Virus record (IMG/VR): IMGVR_UViG_3300045988_013705
Reading direction: 5' to 3' (one strand)
Length of the DNA stretch: 36,430 nucleotides
Source of the DNA: a virus
Shown: in pieces, positions 22,697 through 30,321 of the stretch
Position numbering within the stretch: the stretch's first letter is position 1
How the letters are laid out: the number at the start of each line of letters is the position of its first letter
The notes under the pieces: model-generated
What the model was told of the DNA's origin: nothing
The model's input: only the letters and a program-made list of their open reading frames with translations
The model's database searches: none
Translations under genes and position numbers: made by a program

Positions 22697-23532
22697 AAGC
22701 CCAGAAGCCGCGCCATATCCGCCGAATCGTCACGCAACTTCTTCTTCCTCCTATCCACTCCCTTAACCTCAACCGGGAAGCACATCTCAAGCACACGACT
22801 GTAGATCCGCTGCTTGTCGATATTGTTAGGACGCATCAATTCCTCGGATGTGAGATTAGACGTGACGATCAGCGGCTTACCGCTGCGATACCGCGCATCG
22901 ACCACGTTGAATACCATCTCATTCACGAATGACGTATCACGTTCGGCGCTTAAATCGTCAATCACCAGCAAGTCCAGCCGGTTCAGGTCATCGAGATACC
23001 GCTGCTTGCCCTCGAACATTCCTTGCAGAGTGTTCGTGATCCGCGCGAAATTCGTCACCAAACATGGGCGACCACGATTGATCAGCTCATTGGCGATGCA
23101 AGCCGCGATATACGTCTTGCCGCTCCCCACAGTGCCATACAGCAGCAAGCCCTTGCCGCGCTTCCGCATCTCCACGAAATTATCCACATACTTGTGCGCG
23201 ATACTGGAGATTTTAGCGTCCGCGCCATCATCATTGGCGAAAGTCCAGTGAGCCATCTCAGCATCAGGGAATCCCAGCTTGCGAAGCCGCCTCACTTCAG
23301 ACTGGAATTCCCGAGCCTTCCGCGCCTTCTCTTCCTCTTCCCTACGCTTCATGCCGCACTCGCAGAGGAAGTAAGGCTCCATGATGCCACCCCATGCAGC
23401 CTCAAACCGGCATTGCTTAGCTGTATGGCATTTACCGCAATAGAGCAGCCCGTCCTCGAAGTAGTCGCCTTCCTCGTAATGATCACCCTTGCTTGCCTTC
23501 TCGATCAGCGCCTTGAGCATGTTATTTTCCAT
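22693..23532 (-). CDS. DnaC / IstB-like AAA+ helicase loader.
   Basis: Walker A is GLLLYGTVGSGKTY and Walker B is LDLLVIDDL. An N-terminal Cys cluster is present. RBS AAGGAGG precedes the ATG at 23532. Confidence 0.85.
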   Translation of the reverse strand: MENNMLKALIEKASKGDHYEEGDYFEDGLLYCGKCHTAKQCRFEAAWGGIMEPYFLCECGMKRREEEEKARKAREFQSEVRRLRKLGFPDAEMAHWTFANDDGADAKISSIAHKYVDNFVEMRKRGKGLLLYGTVGSGKTYIAACIANELINRGRPCLVTNFARITNTLQGMFEGKQRYLDDLNRLDLLVIDDLSAERDTSFVNEMVFNVVDARYRSGKPLIVTSNLTSEELMRPNNIDKQRIYSRVLEMCFPVEVKGVDRRKKKLRDDSADMARLLGL

Positions 23533-23534
23533 TT

Positions 23535-24317
23535 TCAATCCTCCTTAATGTTGCTTGTACTGTAGTGCGGGAACCACGAATCATCTTCGTCAGGTTCAGG
23601 CGGGCGAATAGCCACGCCATTAGCACCAACATTGACTTTTGCTTTAGCGTTGAGATATCCCTCGAATTTCGTGCCGAACAACGTCTCAGGACGCAGGTAC
23701 TGCTCCATCTTCGAGTTACCCAGCCACTCACTGCATTTCTTGTCGATTACCGTCTTGAAGTCCTCGATCGTGAATCCTTCGTCTAGTCTCGCTTTAATGT
23801 GCTTGCGAGTGCTTGCAGTTGTCGCCTTATACCGTGTACCGGCTTTAGCATTGAGATAATCAACAATCTCAACATATATGTGTTTATTATCTTGAGTTTT
23901 ACAATCTGTGTTTATATCTGGTATAGGTTTGCCCTCTAGGGCATTTCCATTTGCCTTTTCAGGCACTTCCATTTGCCCTTTTGGATAAATGGAATTGCCC
24001 TTTTGGAATAATGCTTCTGCCTTATCGGTCAGCGCATACCACTTAGTCCTGTCATAAGACACTTTGTTGTAGTTGCCTTCGACAATAAGTCCAGATTCTT
24101 CGAGCTTGGCTATTGCGTTGCGTACAGCCTTAGCTGACATATAAGGGAAAAGCTCGGAGAATGCCTTGATGCTGTTAAAAGTCCAATATCGACCATCATA
24201 GAAGTTCACTGCGTTTGCCCGGTTATGATCTACCCAGTACTTGATGTTTTGCAGGATAATAGCGGCATTGACACCATACTCAATAGCAATGTCAACGTCG
24301 AAAAAATGCGTTGCCAT
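23535..24317 (-). CDS. Replisome organiser (DnaD-like N-domain plus conserved phage C-terminal domain).
   Basis: The N-terminus is MATHFFDVDIAIEYGVNAAIILQNIKYWVDHN... The C-terminus is IVDYLNAKAGTRYKATTASTRKHIKARLDEGFTIEDFKTVIDKKCSEWLG...LRPETLFGTKFEGYLN. Confidence 0.75.
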   Translation of the reverse strand: MATHFFDVDIAIEYGVNAAIILQNIKYWVDHNRANAVNFYDGRYWTFNSIKAFSELFPYMSAKAVRNAIAKLEESGLIVEGNYNKVSYDRTKWYALTDKAEALFQKGNSIYPKGQMEVPEKANGNALEGKPIPDINTDCKTQDNKHIYVEIVDYLNAKAGTRYKATTASTRKHIKARLDEGFTIEDFKTVIDKKCSEWLGNSKMEQYLRPETLFGTKFEGYLNAKAKVNVGANGVAIRPPEPDEDDSWFPHYSTSNIKED

Positions 24318-24390
24318 TATTGCCTCCTAGGTAAAAAATTATCCCACTGACTATTACCGTTTGCCCCCGGTAACAATCAATGGGATATTG

Positions 24391-24455
24391 CATGTTGAGT
24401 TATCACTCCACGTAAGTGGGGCAACACTCAACATGGCGTTATCTCTATAGTATCA
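24391..24455 (-). promoter_or_regulatory. Extended -10 promoter candidate (TGaTACTAT) plus a hairpin in the leader of the replication operon.
   Basis: The -10 is the rc of 24447-24455. The hairpin is catgttgagt (24391-24400) paired with actcaacatg (24426-24435), with an inner ccac/gtgg stem. Confidence 0.35.
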
Positions 24456-24483
24456 CGTCTCCAATATAGCCACGCCGTAGCGG

Positions 24484-24819
24484 TCAGGTCTCCTTGATAA
24501 TCTTCCCATACCGATACGCCGCCAGCTTCCGCTTAATAAGGTAGACCGAAGTTTTCATGCCTTTCACATCTTCCCAGACGATGTTTCCGTCTGCATCCGT
24601 ATACGTGAAATCGACAACGTAGTATATCCCTCGAAAATGTTGCCCATCGCAATCAAACGACGGTACCAGTTCTACTCTGACTTGCCGCTGGAGGTTAGAT
24701 ATCTCGCCACTGCGCTCCATTTCGCGCAACTCAACATACCTCTTAGCCTCACGGCGGGAATCGAACACGAGATCACCAACGGCTGTTTTCTTCGCGTTAT
24801 ACTTGCTTCTCACACGCAC
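24484..24819 (-). CDS. DUF1064-like protein (putative PD-(D/E)XK nuclease / resolvase).
   Basis: MRVRSKYNAKKTAVGDLVFDSRREAKRYVELREMERSGEISNLQRQVRVEL..., the typical DUF1064 N-terminal pattern. Confidence 0.65.
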   Translation of the reverse strand: MRVRSKYNAKKTAVGDLVFDSRREAKRYVELREMERSGEISNLQRQVRVELVPSFDCDGQHFRGIYYVVDFTYTDADGNIVWEDVKGMKTSVYLIKRKLAAYRYGKIIKET

Positions 24820-24824
24820 CTCGA

Positions 24825-25517
24825 TTACTCAGCGTACTTCCAATGATACCCGCCAGCCGTCTTTGACTTGCCGCGCAGCACGTTAGAAATATTCTTGAAT
24901 GAAATATCAAGCTGTCTACCAGCTTCGGAGAGTGACTTGTATATTTCGCCAGTTTCGACACACAGCACCTTTTTGCTCGTAGCTTCGGTCATAGCAAGAA
25001 TCACATGCTCGCTGACTTTTTTCCCCTTACGAGCTTCGCTCATTTTCCGCCGTGTCTCGACGCTTAGTGGTTTCCCCCTCAGCTTCATGCTTATCTTCTG
25101 CCTTGTTTCATCGCTGGGGCGCTTACCTCTGTGAGCTTCAGCAGCTTTTATGATGCACTCATCGCTGGGGTGCTTACCTTTACGCGCTTTGCTGAGTTTT
25201 TTGCGAGTTACATCGCTTGGATGTACACCCAAGCTCCCACATTCTCCACCGATGCTGTGGTTGTATCCTTTGTTGTGATTAGTGCTGTCGAAATATTTAA
25301 TAAGCGATTGTTCTACTCTGCAAGCCTGCCATTTGCTGAGGCCATTGCAAACGATTTCGTGCTTGATGTTCTCCCAGCCGTATTTCAGGATTGCACTATA
25401 GAAATGCTTGTTCTGTTTATACCCGCTGCCACTCTGCCAGCGTTTCTCGGGCTTATTCTTTGTTATCCCGATATACACTTTTCCGCTTGGCGTGGTATGC
25501 TTATAAACGACGTACAT
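24825..25517 (-). CDS. Free-standing GIY-YIG homing endonuclease with NUMOD3 repeats and a C-terminal HTH.
   Basis: The GIY-YIG domain is MYVVYKHTTPSGKVYIGITKN...YSAILKYG...E. Repeats follow (HPSDVTRKKLSKARKGK, RPSDETRQKISMKLRGK, LSVETRRKMSEARKGK). The C-terminus is ...YKSLSEAGRQLDISFKNISNVLRGKSKTAGGYHWKY. RBS is AAGGAG. Confidence 0.85.
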   Translation of the reverse strand: MYVVYKHTTPSGKVYIGITKNKPEKRWQSGSGYKQNKHFYSAILKYGWENIKHEIVCNGLSKWQACRVEQSLIKYFDSTNHNKGYNHSIGGECGSLGVHPSDVTRKKLSKARKGKHPSDECIIKAAEAHRGKRPSDETRQKISMKLRGKPLSVETRRKMSEARKGKKVSEHVILAMTEATSKKVLCVETGEIYKSLSEAGRQLDISFKNISNVLRGKSKTAGGYHWKYAE

Positions 25518-25552
25518 GGTTACTCCTTGTATGCTCTTGATAATATGCAATC

Positions 25553-25583
25553 GGCGGGTAGTAGCTTCGAGAAACTACCCGCC
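25553..25583. terminator. Strong hairpin between the dUTPase and GIY-YIG genes.
   Basis: ggcgggtagt-agcttcgagaa-actacccgcc forms a 10-bp stem. A plus-strand T-tract (aacttttta) follows; there is no T-tract on the minus strand. Confidence 0.45.
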
Positions 25584-25616
25584 AACTTTTTACTCTATTC
25601 TAACTCTCCGATGAGG

Positions 25617-26027
25617 CTATCTGCCGGTCGAGCCAAAGCCGCTATCACCACGCTCACCGCCACTGATGCTATCCACGATTTCAAGCGGCTCATAGCTCAC
25701 CGGGATCACGACCAATTGCGTGACCTTGTCACCAGCCGCGAAAGCATAATCCGTGTCGCTGTGATTGTACAAGCGTACAATAATATGCCCAGTAAAGCCT
25801 TCGTCTACAAGTCCAGTGCTCGTGATGCCATGCTTGACGTTAAGCCCGCTCTTGCTCACGATCAGTCCAGCACAGCCCTGTGGTAACTCGACGTGTGTCT
25901 TAGTGTCGATAACGACGCTTCCGTGTGCGGGGACGGTTACGGCTACCGGCGTGCGTAGATCCATGCCAGCGTCGGTATCGTGACCTCGTGATGGCTTATA
26001 AGCTGATTCTTCCAACATGATCTTCAT
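25617..26027 (-). CDS. dut: dUTPase (trimeric type).
   Basis: Contains MKIMLEE...GHDTDAGMDL...GLIVSKSGL...GLVDEGFTGHI...GERGDSGFGSTGR. RBS AAGGAG precedes the ATG at 26027. The longer track ORF overlaps ssb. Confidence 0.85.
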   Translation of the reverse strand: MKIMLEESAYKPSRGHDTDAGMDLRTPVAVTVPAHGSVVIDTKTHVELPQGCAGLIVSKSGLNVKHGITSTGLVDEGFTGHIIVRLYNHSDTDYAFAAGDKVTQLVVIPVSYEPLEIVDSISGGERGDSGFGSTGR

Positions 26028-26122
26028 TTTGTATGCTCCTTGCATTAAGGTATTTAATTTGGCAAATGGCGGGGTACGGCTTTGAGTTTGGCACCGTCCC
26101 CGCCATTTAATGCCGTCCACTA

Positions 26123-26524
26123 TCAGAAGTCTGGCTCTCCCCACGGATCAGCAGCAGAACCGAAGGCGGTGTTCTGAGCCTGAGCCTGTTGCGGCTGACC
26201 TTGTTGGTGCTTGCAAGAGCTAGCGCCGAGCGGGAGATTATCAACTACGAACTTGACGCGCGAATGCTTCTGTCCGTCCTTCTCCCAGTTGTCCACTACC
26301 GCGTGAGCCGTCAAGCCCACGGTGTCGCCCTTATGCCGATACTGTGCAAGCAGTTCAGCACTCTTGCCCCACGCCTCGAAATCAAGCCAATACGTCTCGT
26401 CCTTACGGAATCCACCTACAGCGAGACGGAAGCGAGCCACGCTCTTACCCGTCTGCGTCTGCTTCAACTCCACATCCGAGCCAAGCCGCCCGGTAAAAGT
26501 GCAAGTGTTAATGTCAGCCATCAT
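26123..26524 (-). CDS. ssb: Single-stranded DNA-binding protein.
   Basis: OB-fold pattern NTCTFTGRLGSDVELKQTQTGKSVARFRLAV, a Q/G-rich linker, and an acidic tip DPWGEPDF. Confidence 0.85.
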   Translation of the reverse strand: MMADINTCTFTGRLGSDVELKQTQTGKSVARFRLAVGGFRKDETYWLDFEAWGKSAELLAQYRHKGDTVGLTAHAVVDNWEKDGQKHSRVKFVVDNLPLGASSCKHQQGQPQQAQAQNTAFGSAADPWGEPDF

Positions 26525-26763
26525 TTATTCCTTTCATCCTTCAGCGCTGCGATAGTCGCGCCGTAACCATCCTTAAGCACATATTTGATCAGCGTCTCTG
26601 CCGTGCCTTGATCGATAATCAGCCGAGTACCGTCAAAGCTCAGCACAGCAGCCGCCTTGATCATGTCCTTCAGCATGGCATTGTCGGCTTTAGATTCCAG
26701 CAGTGCCGCATACTCTTTTTGCGGTATCGTGACATATTGCCCATCAAATACATTTTCTTCCAT
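26521..26763 (-). CDS. Hypothetical protein.
   Basis: 80-aa ORF with RBS GGAGGAAA and a TAATG overlap with the ERF stop. Confidence 0.5.
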   Translation of the reverse strand: MEENVFDGQYVTIPQKEYAALLESKADNAMLKDMIKAAAVLSFDGTRLIIDQGTAETLIKYVLKDGYGATIAALKDERNK

Positions 26764-27359
26764 TACTCATTTCCTCCATTCGTTTGTTTTGCTTCACGCA
26801 TCTTGTAACAGTCGCCGCACACGGCCATCCCAATCTTTGCTCTAGTCCACTTGGCTACCGCTTCCGGTGACATTTCGCCGCCACCACGCTTAGCCATCGG
26901 CTTGATAGGCTTATGGCACAAGTCACACATAACCGGTGCCGAGCCTGATTCTTTGGCACCTCTACGCTGATAGGATTCCGTATCCGGGTCTTTACTATCA
27001 TCGATAGCAAAAAGTCCCTGAACCGCGTATTTTCTCGCGTATGAGCTACAAGCGCCGGTAATCTGCGGGTCACTCATGCCCTTCTTGCTTTCGTCTTCCC
27101 TAGCGTAAGCCGTGTTACTGATCGATTCCTTGCCATTCGAGAGCGTCGCGGTAGCCTTGACATAGACCTTGCCACCGACTTCCACCATATCGTCACCGAT
27201 AATGATGGATAATCCGGCTTCGGCAAGCAACGGCTTCACCGATTCAAGGATATTTTCGAGACTGCGATAATTGTAGTTGCCGAAGCCGTTGTGTTGGTCT
27301 TTCGGTGCCTTCAACTCGTGCTGGATTTTGACCAGTTTTGCGTTTAATTCCTCACTCAT
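26763..27359 (-). CDS. ERF-family single-strand annealing protein with a C-terminal Cys4 motif.
   Basis: Contains KAPKDQHNGFGNYNYRSLENILESVKPLLAEAGL...SSYARKYAVQGLFAIDD, then CDLCHKP...CGDC. Confidence 0.8.
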   Translation of the reverse strand: MSEELNAKLVKIQHELKAPKDQHNGFGNYNYRSLENILESVKPLLAEAGLSIIIGDDMVEVGGKVYVKATATLSNGKESISNTAYAREDESKKGMSDPQITGACSSYARKYAVQGLFAIDDSKDPDTESYQRRGAKESGSAPVMCDLCHKPIKPMAKRGGGEMSPEAVAKWTRAKIGMAVCGDCYKMREAKQTNGGNE

Positions 27360-27370
27360 TTTCTACCCTC

Positions 27371-27856
27371 TTACTTGACAGAGATGTTTTCGTGTGTTTC
27401 GATGGCTGCGAGATTTTCAGGCACCCGACCATCTTTGATAGCCTCCTTGATGGCCGTCTTATTCGGCTTCGGCTCGCTGTAAGTCAGCAGATCATCAGCA
27501 TTGATTTCAGCCCACTCGATAAATTGCGGGTCGATATTGACAACGCTAGATTTGCGGTATGTCACCTTGAGTTTCGGTGTGGAGAATTTTTCTCCATGCA
27601 ACGCATATGCAAGCAGATTCTTCAGCCGTTCTACTTTGTTCTCTGCTGTTTTACGCCGAGCCGCGAGCGCTTGTTCTTCTTCCTTGATGGCCTTTGCTTC
27701 GGCAACCGTATTCTTCAGCAGAAGTCCGATATTTTCCACCTTCGTATCGCGTTCCATCTGGAGCGCGTCGAAGGCTTCTTCGTCGGTCACTTCACCAGTC
27801 TCATTGTCGATCAGCGCGGTAATTGCCGAATCGATATCGTAGATTGACATGCTCAT
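27371..27856 (-). CDS. Siphovirus Gp157-family protein.
   Basis: 161 aa containing IYDIDSAITALID...FDALQMERDTKVENIGLLLKN...EEQALAARRKTAENKVERLKNLL. Confidence 0.7.
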   Translation of the reverse strand: MSMSIYDIDSAITALIDNETGEVTDEEAFDALQMERDTKVENIGLLLKNTVAEAKAIKEEEQALAARRKTAENKVERLKNLLAYALHGEKFSTPKLKVTYRKSSVVNIDPQFIEWAEINADDLLTYSEPKPNKTAIKEAIKDGRVPENLAAIETHENISVK

Positions 27857-27993
27857 AATAGTTGTATTCCTTCCTTATTGGCTAGTTCTTTTAGTTGTTC
27901 CGGTGTATAGTACACGTCGGCGTTCGGTAGCAGCTCGTTAATCAAATCGTAGAGTGCTGTCAAGTGTTCCTTAGTGGGTTTATGCCGTTCCAT
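27853..27993 (-). CDS. 46-aa hypothetical protein.
   Basis: MERHKPTKEHLTALYDLINELLPNADVYYTPEQLKELANKEGIQLL. Confidence 0.4.
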   Translation of the reverse strand: MERHKPTKEHLTALYDLINELLPNADVYYTPEQLKELANKEGIQLL

Positions 27994-28201
27994 CCGACCC
28001 ACCACCAAAGAGATAGTCAAGCCCGGCGTGCCCATTGTGTTGAGTGATCGCCGTGCTCATTTGGAGCATTTCATGCAGCTTCCACTCTGTAGATCCATTC
28101 AGCAGACGGTAGAATGTCGCCAAGCTCACGCCGACGATTTCAGCGCACTCGGCAGTAGTCATTCCAGCCCTTGCTATCTCGGCTTTCAGATTCCGATACA
28201 T
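27980..28201 (-). CDS. Cro-like HTH regulator.
   Basis: MYRNLKAEIARAGMTTAECAEIVGVSLATFYRLLNG... RBS GAGGAGG lies 8 nt before the ATG at 28201. The gene is divergent from the XRE repressor. Confidence 0.7.
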   Translation of the reverse strand: MYRNLKAEIARAGMTTAECAEIVGVSLATFYRLLNGSTEWKLHEMLQMSTAITQHNGHAGLDYLFGGGSDGTA

Positions 28202-28213
28202 TCTTTGCACCTC

Positions 28214-28249
28214 CTCTTTTGTGCTCACGGTGTGCTCTTTTGTGCTCAC
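28214..28249. promoter_or_regulatory. Two direct 15-bp operator-like repeats (CTCTTTTGTGCTCAC), 21 bp apart.
   Basis: Perfect copies at 28214-28228 and 28235-28249, between the cro-side -10 and the cro RBS. Confidence 0.55.
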
Positions 28250-28263
28250 CTCGTATGCCAATC

Positions 28264-28292
28264 ACTATACACCCATTTTTTGCAAACCGCAA
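28264..28292 (-). promoter_or_regulatory. Early rightward-type promoter, TTGCGG-17-TATAGT (with the GGTG prefix shared with the cassette promoters).
   Basis: The -10 is the rc of actata at 28264-28269. The -35 is the rc of ccgcaa at 28287-28292. Confidence 0.5.
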
Positions 28293-28336
28293 CACAAATC
28301 GGTAAAAATGGTAAAAACTTTTTATCACACCTGACT

Positions 28337-28374
28337 ACTTTTGTGTTTACTTTGATAGTCGCACATGATATATT
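28337..28374 (+). promoter_or_regulatory. Repressor-side promoter TTTACT-17-TATATT, overlapped by a third operator-like copy (ACTTTTGTGTTTAC).
   Basis: The -35 is at 28346-28351, the -10 at 28369-28374, and the operator-like sequence at 28337-28350. Confidence 0.45.
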
Positions 28375-28430
28375 AGAGATGCGCAAGACGCGAGACAATG
28401 ACGTTTCGACACGAAAGGTGGTGAATCGAC

Positions 28431-28730
28431 ATGGCATTTTGTGACAATCTTCGAGCACTTATGAGCGCAAAAGGCGTATCTCGTCGAAAAATGGCGAGCG
28501 ACTGCGGAATCAGCCCATCGGCGGTAAATTCGTGGTTCAACCGCTCGGCAGAGAATATCAGCCTGCCGACACTACTCAAGCTATCCGAATACTTCGGCGT
28601 GACCATCGAGGAACTCGTACACGGGACACCACAACGCGAGATAACCTTCTCAAACCGCATTTTCACTGATGAAGAACTTGAAGAAATACAGTTATTTGCA
28701 CAATTTTTACTACACCGACGAAAGGATTAG
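28431..28730 (+). CDS. XRE-family HTH repressor (CI-like, 99 aa).
   Basis: MAFCDNLRALMSAKGVSRRKMASDCGISPSAVNSWFNRSAENISLPTLLKLSEYFGVTIEELV. RBS is GAAAGGTGG. Confidence 0.8.
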   Translation: MAFCDNLRALMSAKGVSRRKMASDCGISPSAVNSWFNRSAENISLPTLLKLSEYFGVTIEELVHGTPQREITFSNRIFTDEELEEIQLFAQFLLHRRKD

Positions 28731-28737
28731 ATGATGG

Positions 28738-30216
28738 ATGGCATACGCGATGTACTTAAGAAAATCCCGCATAGATGAAGAAGCGGGACTTGAAAACACA
28801 CTAAGCAAACACGAAACCATGCTCCGCGACATGGCCGTAAACATGGGCATACACATAGACGAAACACACATATACAGAGAAATCGTCTCAGGCGAAAGCA
28901 TAGAAGCACGCCCACAGATGCAGAAACTGCTGAAGGCCGTGGAGATGGGACTATATACCGGCGTCCTATGCGTCGAACTCGAACGCCTCAGTCGCGGGAA
29001 CGGGGAAGATCAGGCACGGATACTCCGCACATTCCAATTCAGCGGAACGAAAATACTAACCCTGAACAAGGTCTACGACCTCGCTGGCGATGATGAATTC
29101 GATGAAGAATTCTTTGAATTCGGCCTATTCATGTCGCGCCGCGAATACAAGATGATTAAACGCCGCCTGCTGCGCGGTCGACTGCAAGCGCAAAAGGACG
29201 GTTATTTCATCGGCAGCGTGCCGCCGTATGGCTATGGGAAACGCAAGGACGGGAAAGGGTGGACGCTATGCCCAGACCCACACGAGTCGCACGTCGTGCG
29301 CCTCATATTCGACCGATACGCTCAAGGGGCAAAGATCAACGATATTCTTCGTGAACTCCAAGCATCCGGAGTCAAGCAACGCACGGGCAACGACTTCACC
29401 CGTACGCGAATCGGTGAAATACTGCGAAACAGGACATATCTCGGGGAACTGCAAACCAAGAGGAAAATAAAAAACCGCCGGATAATCGACGGTGAGATAA
29501 AAGAAACCTACATACGGAACAGTGGCATGGAGTACGTGCAAGGCAGACACGAGCCGATAGTCAGCGCCGACATATTCGACCAATGCGCCGCACGCCTGCG
29601 CACCATGGAAACACGCACACGCCACGCACACACAAACCGAAACCCGTTGGCCTCACTGATCGTATGCACTCAATGCGGCAAGACCATGCAACGCACCAAC
29701 GGCGCACAAGCAGAATATTTGATCTGCAAGACGTTCGGCTGCACGACCAAAAGCACGAAACTCGACATAGTGGAACGGCTGACGGTGGACGCCATACAGG
29801 CGGAATTGGAACGCCTGACCTACGTGTGGGCTGGATACGAAACAAAAGCGAATGACAACACCAACGAACTGCAAGTCCTAGAGGCAGAGATAGACAAACG
29901 GCAGAAAATGCTCGAACGTGCCTGCGAAGCCTACGAGACGGGCGTATATGATAGATCCACATATTTGCAAAGGGTGCAAAAGGTCAACGCGGAAAAGGCG
30001 GAGCTACTTGCACGGCTCGAAACCCTTCAAGACTCCGAACCAGAACACGACCTGAAACAGATCCCGGTACTATCGAAGGCATTGGACGAATACTGGACAC
30101 TCGACAGTGAAAACCGCAACCGCCTGCTGAAAGGCATGGCGGAAAGAATAGAATATGAAAAGACCGAGCGCGGCACGGGATTGAACCCACGCCTGCGCGT
30201 AACTCTCAAAATCTAA
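28738..30216 (+). CDS. int: Large serine recombinase (integrase).
   Basis: 492 aa. The N-terminal resolvase domain reads AMYLRKSRIDEE...GVLCVELERLSRG. It is followed by a recombinase domain, a Cys cluster CTQCGK...CKTFGC, and a C-terminal coiled coil. Confidence 0.9.
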   Translation: MAYAMYLRKSRIDEEAGLENTLSKHETMLRDMAVNMGIHIDETHIYREIVSGESIEARPQMQKLLKAVEMGLYTGVLCVELERLSRGNGEDQARILRTFQFSGTKILTLNKVYDLAGDDEFDEEFFEFGLFMSRREYKMIKRRLLRGRLQAQKDGYFIGSVPPYGYGKRKDGKGWTLCPDPHESHVVRLIFDRYAQGAKINDILRELQASGVKQRTGNDFTRTRIGEILRNRTYLGELQTKRKIKNRRIIDGEIKETYIRNSGMEYVQGRHEPIVSADIFDQCAARLRTMETRTRHAHTNRNPLASLIVCTQCGKTMQRTNGAQAEYLICKTFGCTTKSTKLDIVERLTVDAIQAELERLTYVWAGYETKANDNTNELQVLEAEIDKRQKMLERACEAYETGVYDRSTYLQRVQKVNAEKAELLARLETLQDSEPEHDLKQIPVLSKALDEYWTLDSENRNRLLKGMAERIEYEKTERGTGLNPRLRVTLKI

Positions 30217-30217
30217 A

Positions 30218-30263
30218 TGTTTATCATCTTGTGCCAGATTTATAGGGCACGCGATGATAAACA
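30218..30263. other. attP candidate: 46-bp nested palindrome immediately after the integrase stop.
   Basis: TGTTTATCATC-tt-GTGCC-agatttatag-GGCAC-gc-GATGATAAACA, with 11-bp perfect outer arms and 5-bp inner arms. Confidence 0.45.
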
Positions 30264-30286
30264 GACAGAGAATATAGACAAACATA

Positions 30287-30318
30287 GGCGGATAGCGTAG
30301 TGCTACCCGCCTTTTTTG
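30287..30318 (+). terminator. Intrinsic terminator after the integrase, between convergent genes.
   Basis: ggcggatagc-gtagt-gctacccgcc followed by TTTTTTG. Confidence 0.7.
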
Positions 30319-30321
30319 TGC

